NCBI GenBank assembly: GCA_965221165.1
Contig: CBDCRP010000003.1
Span: 1,120,001 to 1,184,000 of the forward strand
Length of the DNA: 64,000 nucleotides
Direction of reading: 5' to 3'
Origin: a bacterium
GTDB lineage: Bacteria > UBA8248
Each line of letters starts with the position of its first letter. Position 1 is the stretch's first letter. The notes below the pieces were generated by a model. It was not told where the DNA came from, ran no database searches, and worked only from the letters and a program-made list of their open reading frames with translations. Positions 42,092 through 50,085 of this stretch are shown here, piece after piece. Position numbers and translations under genes: made by a program.

Positions 42092-43033
42092 ATGCCCATC
42101 GGCGCTGATCTGTCCGCCCGCTACACCGAGGAAGCCCTCGGCGGCAACCATCCGACGAAAGCCCGCGTCATCGACCGCCTGGCCCTCGCCGCCCTGTTTC
42201 AGGACGGAAAAATCAGGGCCAACAGACAGCCCATCGAATGCGCGGGCAGGCTCGACTACGTGAACGCCACCACCCTGGCCCTCAAACCGACGCTCAACTC
42301 CGCCTATTATCCCGCCGTCGCTAATCCCGTGGCGGGCCGCCATGTACCCTTCATCGACGGGGCGTCGGGCGACGTCTATTACGAGGATTTGCCTTGGGAG
42401 GGGGTTAGCATAACGAACGCGGACCTCGTGGCGAACGAATCCTATGCGGTATTCGTCTACGATGATGGGGGCGCGCTCAAACTCGAATTCGAGGCCACGG
42501 GTAACTGGGCGTTCGACCCCGCCACGGGTCTTGCGCACAAAACGGACGATGTGAGCCGCACCCTCGTCGGCATCGCGAGAACGGACGCTACATCCCAATT
42601 CGTTCTCGCGAACGACGTGTACGTCAGGAGTTTTTGGAACAAGGCGGAATACGCCGCCCAATCCAAAGGCGCGCTCGCCACTACCACTTCCACGAACTGG
42701 GCCTCTATCACCACGCACGAGATATTGATGTGGCCGGGCCACGATGTCGTGCGCCAGGAAGCAGGCGGACAGGGCTGGGTGAATTCAACGAGCAGACCAG
42801 GGCTACTGGGCCTGGACATGGATCTCGCCCTGTTCAACGGGTCGGGGCAAGCCTATCCGCAGGTCGAAATCATCGGTTCATCCAGCAACGAAAAAGACAA
42901 TTTCGGGATGGTGAAAACACAAATATACACCGAGGCGCTCGGCGAGGTTCACTCTACGTTCGTCTTTCGCGTGCCCCAAGCGACCATCCTGAGCGTTGGC
43001 GATTATCTCTTCCAAAGCGTCGTTTTGATTTAG
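42092..43033 (+). CDS. Putative tail fibre / receptor-binding protein
   Basis: AAGGAG RBS. Beta-rich GRLDYVNATTL...ANESYAVFVYDDGG...KTDDVSRTLVG block resembles phage fibre domains; position after the hub. Confidence 0.5.
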   Translation: MPIGADLSARYTEEALGGNHPTKARVIDRLALAALFQDGKIRANRQPIECAGRLDYVNATTLALKPTLNSAYYPAVANPVAGRHVPFIDGASGDVYYEDLPWEGVSITNADLVANESYAVFVYDDGGALKLEFEATGNWAFDPATGLAHKTDDVSRTLVGIARTDATSQFVLANDVYVRSFWNKAEYAAQSKGALATTTSTNWASITTHEILMWPGHDVVRQEAGGQGWVNSTSRPGLLGLDMDLALFNGSGQAYPQVEIIGSSSNEKDNFGMVKTQIYTEALGEVHSTFVFRVPQATILSVGDYLFQSVVLI

Positions 43034-43042
43034 GAGACCGAA

Positions 43043-43744
43043 ATGGAAATGGAAGTGACGAAAGCGATCGGCCCGCATTTTCGCGGTGAACTCGAAGCGG
43101 CCGGGCTTGCGCACCTATACCTGGGGGCAGCGCACCGACTGGAGGCGAACATGATCCCCGACGCCGCCTGGCGGCCCAAGCCCGGCGAGGCGGAATCGGC
43201 CCGTCCCGAAATCCAAGGACCCGGGCTGGATTTGTGGATCATCAACGTGGCCGATTCGACCACCGAAGCGCAGCGAGACGCCATTCTCGCCGCTCATGAT
43301 GCGCATGCGCCCGATGGCGTCGCGCAAATCCACCGGGACCAGGCGAAAGAGAAACTCCATTTGTTGCTCAACGGCGCCAAGGCGCGCATTGTGGGTGTTC
43401 CGGTAAGCGCTCTGGGCGGCAAGCTGGCCGAGTATGAGGAAAAAGCCAAGCTCATCGACGCCTGGGCGCAGGATTCCGACCCGGACTCGGACAAGCTCAC
43501 CAAACCGGGGTTCCTGCTCGTCAAAAACCGAAAAGACGCCTACCCGACACGCGACGCGACGGGCCAAAGCGTGGTGGATGAGTGGACGACCCTGAGGGCG
43601 GCTCTCCTCGGCAAGCTCGCCTCTCTCGTGAAAATCTACGACGAGAGCGTGCGTGACACCCAGGATGCGAGCATCACCACGAGCGTAGCGACCCTCGATG
43701 CGAAGCTCGCAGAAGCCGCCTCCTCTTTCGACGCCGTGCGCTGA
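43043..43744 (+). CDS. Putative tail fibre assembly / DUF4376-like phage protein
   Basis: AGGAG RBS. IGPHFRGELEAAGL, AILAAHD and RKDAYPT motifs; follows the fibre gene. Confidence 0.45.
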   Translation: MEMEVTKAIGPHFRGELEAAGLAHLYLGAAHRLEANMIPDAAWRPKPGEAESARPEIQGPGLDLWIINVADSTTEAQRDAILAAHDAHAPDGVAQIHRDQAKEKLHLLLNGAKARIVGVPVSALGGKLAEYEEKAKLIDAWAQDSDPDSDKLTKPGFLLVKNRKDAYPTRDATGQSVVDEWTTLRAALLGKLASLVKIYDESVRDTQDASITTSVATLDAKLAEAASSFDAVR

Positions 43745-44127
43745 TGGCCTCCGAAGCAAACGGGAAAGGGCTCCAGATTTTCCTGTCCATCCTGAGCATC
43801 GCCGGCCTCGGGGTCGCCGCCTACACCCCGCTCTACAACCAAATCGTAAACGTGGAAACGCGTTTGGCGGCCCACATGGGAGAGCGTGGCCACCCCTGGC
43901 TTCTGGAGAAAAACGCGGGCGCGCGCGTTCGCTTCCAGGAGGTGGAGACCCAGTTCCGTGAGGCGAAGACGATCGCCGATCTCAAATTCCGTGAACTCAA
44001 GGGAATTTCCGCCAAAAAAACGCGCGAGGACACGCAAACCTTTGCGCAAATACTGCGCCGTCTGCGCGAAGTCGAAATCGCGCTCGCCAAACTCGACGAG
44101 CGCTTGAACAAGGAGCGTCAACCATGA
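43744..44127 (+). CDS. Membrane-anchored coiled-coil phage protein (holin-like position)
   Basis: TGATG overlap; one TM (LQIFLSILSIAGLGVAAY) followed by a coiled coil. Confidence 0.5.
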   Translation: MASEANGKGLQIFLSILSIAGLGVAAYTPLYNQIVNVETRLAAHMGERGHPWLLEKNAGARVRFQEVETQFREAKTIADLKFRELKGISAKKTREDTQTFAQILRRLREVEIALAKLDERLNKERQP

Positions 44128-44246
44128 TTCCCCATCTTCTCGCAGCGCTTTTCTCGGTCGCCGCCGTCGTGTGCGCCATTGCGGCCATCGAGCCGCGTCT
44201 CATCACGAACCATCTGTGGCACTTCATCAACCCCTGGGCGGATTAG
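44124..44246 (+). CDS. 40-aa single-TM small protein (missed by ORF track)
   Basis: AAGGAG RBS and ATGA overlap; MIPHLLAALFSVAAVVCAIAAIEPRLITNHLWHFINPWAD. Confidence 0.55.
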   Translation: MIPHLLAALFSVAAVVCAIAAIEPRLITNHLWHFINPWAD

Positions 44247-44405
44247 AACGATCGGGCATGTCGCGCCTCTCCAAAACCGAGTTGGCGTGGGAAAACTCCT
44301 CGCCTTCGAGCCGTTCTTGAACCTGCATGACCCGGAAGAATCGAGTTCCAAAGGAAGCGATGAGGCGCGTCGCATTCAGCATCTTATTCAGGAATGGGAG
44401 ATTCC

Positions 44406-46085
44406 ATGCCGGAGCACACCTATAAAATCTCGGTGACAAAGAGAATAGACTTGCACTCTGGAAACAGCCTCAAAACACTTGCCCGGTTCACCAAAACGGC
44501 GGGCCAGGCGCGAACCGCCACGGAACAACTGAATGCCGAAACCCGCGAGTCCCGCGATGCGCTTAAAAAATCGAGCCGCGCCTTCATAGAATCCTCGAAA
44601 AAACTCGAAAAGGTCGGCGACTCGTTCATGGACGCAGCCGACGGGATAAGCACCCTGGGAAAGAGCGCGGAACAGGCCGGTTCCCAACTCGACTCCGGTC
44701 CGCTCGCCAAAGGCCTGAGCGACATTCAAAAGAAAGCCACGGCACTGCCCGCCTCTTTCGAGATCGCCGGAAGGGTGATGGATGACTTCGCAAGAGCGAG
44801 CGAGGAATCGCTTGCCCGGTTTTTCTCACGCGCCCTCTCCGGCAAAATCGCGGATGCCAAGGATCTGTTCAGCGACCTGAAAAACCACGCTATCAACATG
44901 GTGCGGGATGCCGCCGTCGAGATGGCCAGCACGCAATTCATCCAACCGGCGGTGGGCGCTCTCAAGAAGCTGGGCGTCGATTTGCTGGGTGACGTGGGTG
45001 AGGGTCTGTTCAAGGTGCTCGGCTTCGCCAAAGGCGGTCTGGTGAAAAAACCGACTCTGGGCCTGATCGGCGAGGCCGGGCCGGAACTCGTGGTGCCGCT
45101 GGCGAAAATCGGCGGCGAGGCGGGACTTTTGCGGCTTTTCAAATCCGTCTCCGAGATCGAGGCGGCGAATCGCCTGGGGGGCACGGAGGTCGCCACCACG
45201 CTGGGCGCAAAGGCGAGCGGCGAACTGGCCGCGCGGATCGCAGCCGCAAAGGCGGCGGCGTCCCTGCAAATCGTTTTTTCAGCGCTCGATTTCCTGAGGG
45301 GCCCGAAAACCCTGAAGAGAGGGGCGAATCTGGGCATTAACGTCGCCGGCGCCATCCCGGCGCTATCGGGCGCCACGGGCCTCGCCGCCTTCGGGCCGGC
45401 GGCAGGCGCTTTTTTGCTCACGGACGTGTTGTTCAACAAAGGAGGCGCCATCAAACAGGCGCTTTCTTTCCTGGGCATCAAGGGCCTCATCAGCGATTCC
45501 ACGCCCTTCACCAGGGGAATAGGGAATCTCGCACAGGCGGCCGAACTCTATCTGGCGCTCAGGAACTTCCGCACAACCGGCGTGGCGGATGAACCGATAA
45601 ACCTGTCGATTCCAAAAGCGGTCTACGAGGGCCGGATGAGCGTGGACGGTATTTTACTGAGGACTGCCGGATCTACGTTTCAGCGCATTCAACGAGCAGC
45701 GGGAAGAACCGGCATCTCGCCCCAGGAAGGGGTGCGCCGGTATTTCGGCAAGGAGCTTCACGCCGCCTACCTGAATGCGCTTCCCGTCTTCGAGGGCGAC
45801 GCGGCGGGGCGTTTCGTCAAGCGCTCTGCTCTCAGGCTCGTGGGCGAAGCGGGACCCGAGCACATCATGAACGTGAACCACCCCCAATCGATCGATTTCT
45901 TTCAGCGCGGCGTGCAGCCCATCATCCGCGACGCGATACGAGAAGAACTGGGAGAGCGCGGAGGCGACACGCATATCTACCATATACATATCGAGGGAAA
46001 CCTGAGCGACAACCGCACGCTCGAGAAACTCTCGCGCAAACTGGAGGACATCAACAAGCGCCGCCGCCGCTACGGAGGGGCTTGA
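44406..46085 (+). CDS. Tail tape-measure-like protein (559 aa)
   Basis: Ala-rich helical N-half, hydrophobic Gly/Ala centre, FAKGGLV...IGEAGPELVVPL TMP C-terminal motif. ATG 44406 after GGGAG. Confidence 0.75.
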   Translation: MPEHTYKISVTKRIDLHSGNSLKTLARFTKTAGQARTATEQLNAETRESRDALKKSSRAFIESSKKLEKVGDSFMDAADGISTLGKSAEQAGSQLDSGPLAKGLSDIQKKATALPASFEIAGRVMDDFARASEESLARFFSRALSGKIADAKDLFSDLKNHAINMVRDAAVEMASTQFIQPAVGALKKLGVDLLGDVGEGLFKVLGFAKGGLVKKPTLGLIGEAGPELVVPLAKIGGEAGLLRLFKSVSEIEAANRLGGTEVATTLGAKASGELAARIAAAKAAASLQIVFSALDFLRGPKTLKRGANLGINVAGAIPALSGATGLAAFGPAAGAFLLTDVLFNKGGAIKQALSFLGIKGLISDSTPFTRGIGNLAQAAELYLALRNFRTTGVADEPINLSIPKAVYEGRMSVDGILLRTAGSTFQRIQRAAGRTGISPQEGVRRYFGKELHAAYLNALPVFEGDAAGRFVKRSALRLVGEAGPEHIMNVNHPQSIDFFQRGVQPIIRDAIREELGERGGDTHIYHIHIEGNLSDNRTLEKLSRKLEDINKRRRRYGGA

Positions 46086-46593
46086 TAACAAAGGAGGCCG
46101 GATGTTTCATGCTTCTATACCTCCTTGGGAATACGGTGTCTTCCTGGCGTGCTTCACCGGGAGATCCCTGAAAGTTTCATGCTTTCGCCTGTTTTGGTGA
46201 AGGCCATTTTTTCCGGGTGGATTCAGACCGGCCGCCGCCCGAAGAGTCTCCTGAGACGCACGAGCGATGAGGAGCGATTCTCTCGCCGATAACCTGAAAC
46301 GGATACGAAGCGGCTCATTTCACGCGGCACGCGAGACGTGAAAGAACCTGAAAGATGAGTTCTCGAAAAGATGGGGAAAAGACGATATGCAGAGGGTTCA
46401 TTCAGAAGCAAGGAACAATAGGTCGTGTGGAGAGGGATGGCTTAAAACATCGCCGACTTCACTCGCGCCATTTCGCGCCGGGGAAAGGCGCATGAAGCCT
46501 GCAATGCACTCAAACGATGGGGTGATGAGGCGTGATATCCACGTAAACCAACCATCAAATATACCCACGAAAAAAAAATATTTTCGCGCGTGC

Positions 46594-46718
46594 ATTTCCC
46601 GGTTTTTCCCGGTATTTACCGGCATTTCATCGCATTTGCCAGTCTTGTTTTTCCGGTATTTTCCGCTTTTTTTTCGCTATTTTTCACCTTTTTCCACTAT
46701 TTTTTACTTTTTCTCGCA
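46594..46718. repeat. Degenerate ~10-bp tandem repeat with phased T-tracts
   Basis: ATTTCCCGGT, TTTTCCCGGT, ATTTACCGGC, ATTTCATCGC, ATTTGCCAGT ... ATTTTCCGCT, ATTTTTCACC, TTTTTCCACT, ATTTTTTACT; about 12 units. Confidence 0.75.
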
Positions 46719-47981
46719 TCATGTAAGCGGGTCGAGCCCCAGCACCGCGCGGCGCACGAGTTCCATCCCGTAGATAGGCGCGCGCGACTGCACGAACTGC
46801 TCGTTGCCCCCGAAGCTCGATGAGAAGGTGAACACGTCCCCTCCTGTGTCCAGCGCCATGTGTGTGGCACCCAGCGCCGGCGCGCGGCGGGAATTTTCCG
46901 GCTCGATGTTCTCGGGCGGATTGGGGCCGAAGACGGCGAGACCCATGTCGGCGTCCGACTCCTCGCGCACCCTCCGGGCGAGCGTCCTGGTGAAATCTTG
47001 AGGCCCTTCGTTCTCATCCACCCCGAACATGCGCGCCAACTCCTCCGCGTGAAGGCCGATGACGCCGCGTTTCAAGAATTGCACGCGCTCGGGCCAGGCG
47101 TTCAGCCTCTGAATCAAGGCTCCTCCGGTGTTCGACTCGACGATTGCAATGGTCTTGCCGCTCTGGGCCAGCACGCGCCCCAGCGTCTCCTCGAGCGTCG
47201 CGTTTCCCGTGGCGTAAACGGCCGAGCCCAGAATCTCGCGCACCTTGACCTCGAGCCCCGCAATCATGTTATCCGCTTCTTCGATATTCTGCGCGCGCGC
47301 GGTGATGCGCACGTCCACCTGCCCGGGGTGGGCGAGCACGCCGATGCTCGGATTGATAGATTCGCGAAACAGGTCCGATATCATCTCATCGACGCGCGAT
47401 TCGCCGAGGCCGCAGGTTTTGAGAACCTTCGTCCGGATGACCTCGCCCAGGTCGAATTTCTCCTGCAGGATGGGCACCGCGCATTGGGTGATGATGTAGC
47501 GCATCTCGTGGGGCACGCCCGGGCTCACGATGATGACCCCTTTTTCGTCCTCGCACATGAAGCAAGGCGCCGTTCCGCGCGGGTTTTCGATGGGCGTGGC
47601 CCCGGCGGGAATATAGGCCTGCTTTTTGTTGTTATCGCTCATGTGAAAACCGCGGCGACTGAAATAGGCGCTGATGTAATCATACAAATCCTGGCGAAAC
47701 TCGAGTTCAACGCCCATCACCTTGGCGCAGGCCCCTCTCGTCAAATCATCCACCGTGGGGCCGAGCCCGCCCGTGGTGATGACCACCTGGGAGCGCTCGT
47801 GCGCCTGTTTGATGACACCCGCGATTCTATCCAGATTGTCGCCGACGGTGGTCTTGAAATACATGTTGACGCCGATCGACTTGAGCTGGTCTGCAATGAA
47901 GGCGCTGTTGGTGTCGATGAGGTCGCCGAGCAGCATCTCGGTGCCGATGGCGACGATTTCGCCGCGAACAGGCTCTGCCAT
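46719..47981 (-). CDS. cinA: CinA-like protein (COG1058 pyrophosphatase domain plus degenerate PncC domain)
   Basis: IGTEMLLG, DTNS, VGDN, TGGLGPTVDDLTR, PGVPHEM motifs; C-terminal ESNTGG. Confidence 0.88.
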   Translation of the reverse strand: MAEPVRGEIVAIGTEMLLGDLIDTNSAFIADQLKSIGVNMYFKTTVGDNLDRIAGVIKQAHERSQVVITTGGLGPTVDDLTRGACAKVMGVELEFRQDLYDYISAYFSRRGFHMSDNNKKQAYIPAGATPIENPRGTAPCFMCEDEKGVIIVSPGVPHEMRYIITQCAVPILQEKFDLGEVIRTKVLKTCGLGESRVDEMISDLFRESINPSIGVLAHPGQVDVRITARAQNIEEADNMIAGLEVKVREILGSAVYATGNATLEETLGRVLAQSGKTIAIVESNTGGALIQRLNAWPERVQFLKRGVIGLHAEELARMFGVDENEGPQDFTRTLARRVREESDADMGLAVFGPNPPENIEPENSRRAPALGATHMALDTGGDVFTFSSSFGGNEQFVQSRAPIYGMELVRRAVLGLDPLT

Positions 47982-48075
47982 GAATGATTCCTTTATGTCG
48001 AAAATCAGAAAATGATGACCCCCGTGGGGAGTTGCATATTAGGCAAGTGGCTCCCCGCCGACAAGGCGGGAAGGC

Positions 48076-48807
48076 TCAAGGCGACCCCATAAGCCCCGAG
48101 AGAGCGAGCCAGCGCTCGAACCAGCGCGCAGCGCGCCTGTTCAAAGTCTTCAGGTGCCCCGGCGCATCGCTCAATATCGCCTGGGGGTCCGCGTCCGAGC
48201 GCGGGGAATTCATATCTCCCTCAAACGCGTCCAGCCACGTGGATATGTCCTCCACCCCGATTTCCAGGTGAAACTGGAAGGCGTAGGCGCGCTCCCCCCA
48301 CCGGAACGCCTGGTGCGGGTATCGCGCGGAAGACGCCAGATGAACGGCGCCCTCTGGGATGTCGAACGTATCTCCGTGCCACTGAAAAACGGGGAAGGAT
48401 TGCTCCTCATCCCCCAGCAGCGGATCCGCTTGCGCCTGGGACGTCAAATCCACCGGGAACCAGCCAATCTCCTTTTTCCCCTCTCCCGGGTACACGCGAG
48501 CGCCCAACGCCGCCGCCATGAGCTGCGCGCCCAGGCAAAGTCCGTAAACGGGAAAACCCGCGCGAAGCGCTTCGCCGATAAAACGAAGCTCATCGGCCAG
48601 CCAGGGGTATTTTTCTTCTTCATAAACGCCCATCGGCCCGCCCAGGACGATAATCGCCTTGGCATCTTCCAGATCATTCAAAGAATGCGGGAGGCGCTCC
48701 CCCTTGTGGAGGGCCACGTAGCGGGAGGGTATGCCCTTCTGCGCGAGTATTTCTTCGAGCAGCGAGAGCCTTTCCATGTCCACATGCTGAAGCGCCAGAA
48801 CCGACAA
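48076..48807 (-). CDS. Type 1 glutamine amidotransferase (stand-alone)
   Basis: VLGGPMGVY, GLCLGAQL, FQWHGD, FQFHLE (Cys-His-Glu triad). Start probably TTG 48807. Confidence 0.9.
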   Translation of the reverse strand: MSVLALQHVDMERLSLLEEILAQKGIPSRYVALHKGERLPHSLNDLEDAKAIIVLGGPMGVYEEEKYPWLADELRFIGEALRAGFPVYGLCLGAQLMAAALGARVYPGEGKKEIGWFPVDLTSQAQADPLLGDEEQSFPVFQWHGDTFDIPEGAVHLASSARYPHQAFRWGERAYAFQFHLEIGVEDISTWLDAFEGDMNSPRSDADPQAILSDAPGHLKTLNRRAARWFERWLALSGLMGSP

Positions 48808-48839
48808 CCGAATACCCTCATACAAACCGGACCTAGAGG

Positions 48840-49286
48840 AGGCTATTGAAAAAGCCCCAATGAACGAGAGTTTGACGCGACCGATGAAAGAGCAAGAAAC
48901 ACTCCCCCCTTGGGGGCTATAGGTGACCGAGTAGCGGAAAAACCACTCCCCCTTGAGGGTCGGTCTCATCCCTCGCGAGATATACAATTACTCCCCCCTT
49001 GAGGGGGAGTAGCAGAAGCCGAGCGTTTTGTGCGAAGGCTGATGCGTGGGGGGTCAATTTCGAGCGAAGAGCGAGAAATAGCGAACCGACTCTTTCCTCA
49101 CCCGTCTGCAATCGCTCCTTAATCAGTCGCGATTGACCCCCCACCGGCGCGACTTCAGACTTCGTCCTTGTCTTGCCGTCGGGCTTTCCCCTCGGAAAGC
49201 TCGACCCTCAAGGGGGGAGTGTTGTCTCCTCCCTTCCCGGTCGGCGACATTTACCGAATCACGAAATCAGGACTTTTTCAACAGCC
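48840..49286. mobile_element. Non-autonomous MITE-like element with IS5/IS1182-type terminal repeats
   Basis: GGCTATTGAAAAAGCCC (48841-57) and GGACTTTTTCAACAGCC (49269-85) are a 15/17 inverted match. Flanked by direct repeat CCTAGAGG (48832-39, 49287-94). Confidence 0.7.
48990..49220 (+). repeat. REP/REPIN-like palindromic element, copy 1
   Basis: Perfect 16-bp terminal IR ACTCCCCCCTTGAGGG / CCCTCAAGGGGGGAGT; homologous copy at 58110-58324. Confidence 0.85.
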
Positions 49287-49287
49287 C

Positions 49288-50049
49288 CTAGAGGCCCAGT
49301 ATCGAAAGCACGCTCTTAAGCTCCTGGATTTCAAAATCGGGCGGTTCGCCGCCCTCCGGCACGGGCGCTCCCTTTCTGTTGAGCCAGGCGCACGGCATGC
49401 CCACGCCTTGCGGCCCCTCTACGTCGGCCTCGAAAGTATCGCCCACGAAGAGCACTTCACCCGGCGCCACGCCCAAAGTTTCGGCCACCTTGAGAAACAA
49501 GGAAGCCGCCGGTTTCCTGAAACCCTCATCCTCTGAAATATGCACGGTATCGAGATACGGTGTGATGCCCCTTTGATCAATAATCCGCTTGGCGGTAGGC
49601 GCATGGTCGAAATTGCTTAAGAGCGCTATCGGCAGGCCGGCGTCTTTTATCCTCCCCAGCACGTCGAGCCGGCCCGGATCGAACACGACGGAGCTCTCGA
49701 TGCCGTACATGTGGGCGTTTAAGGCCGTCAGCGCGGCCCGTTCCCTGTCTTGTGAGGGAATCGCCACCAAAAGCGCCATGAGACGCCTGAAACGAACTAT
49801 CGAGCGAATCTCTTTGTACTCGGGGTCGTTGTTGCGCTCGGCCCACACCTCTTTGGAGCTCTGCAGCCAGAGCTGGTGGAAGGCCAAATAATTCGGCACC
49901 AGGAAGCCACCCTTGTAAAGCGCGTCATAAGCCGCTTTGGACGTGGTCTTCTCCTCTTTGCCGTCGATTTCCACCACGGGAAAAAGAGAGATGTCGAAGT
50001 CAACGAGCGTGTCGAAAAGATCGAACGCAACCGCGCGGTACGAAGCCAA
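49288..50049 (-). CDS. HAD-superfamily hydrolase
   Basis: FDLFDTL, LSN, RKP, FVGDTFEADV motifs. Confidence 0.9.
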   Translation of the reverse strand: MASYRAVAFDLFDTLVDFDISLFPVVEIDGKEEKTTSKAAYDALYKGGFLVPNYLAFHQLWLQSSKEVWAERNNDPEYKEIRSIVRFRRLMALLVAIPSQDRERAALTALNAHMYGIESSVVFDPGRLDVLGRIKDAGLPIALLSNFDHAPTAKRIIDQRGITPYLDTVHISEDEGFRKPAASLFLKVAETLGVAPGEVLFVGDTFEADVEGPQGVGMPCAWLNRKGAPVPEGGEPPDFEIQELKSVLSILGL

Positions 50050-50085
50050 GGGAACTCCTCGTGAAATTAGGGCCTTGTTCAGGTA

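Larger units (their letters stand above)
39259..46085 (+). mobile_element. Phage-derived tail-tip gene module (headless; remnant or domesticated GTA/tailocin-like)
   Basis: Seven tightly coupled ORFs plus a tape-measure-like gene, all with phage-tail or membrane features. No capsid, terminase, integrase or repressor. Confidence 0.75.

Noticed and set aside
44179-44436. 85-aa ORF as a real gene
   Set aside because: Overlaps the better-supported 40-aa ORF and lacks an RBS; only its 3' part is kept as a possible chaperone remnant.
39259-46085. Contractile injection system / R-type tailocin / T6SS
   Set aside because: No sheath, tube, baseplate J, VgrG/PAAR or AAA ATPase motifs.
46141-46360. 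Glycine-riboswitch-like words (TTTCAGG) on the minus strand
   Set aside because: Core GGAGA/CCGAAG elements missing and no downstream gene on that strand.
39040-46718. attL/attR direct repeats or a complete prophage
   Set aside because: Only 7-8-bp chance matches seen between the flanks; no integrase, tRNA or head genes. A computed repeat search is still advisable.
46387-46773. 128-aa Phe-rich ORF
   Set aside because: Artefact of the T-tract repeat; overlaps the cinA end; no family features.
46860-47987. 375-aa plus-strand ORF
   Set aside because: Antisense to cinA.
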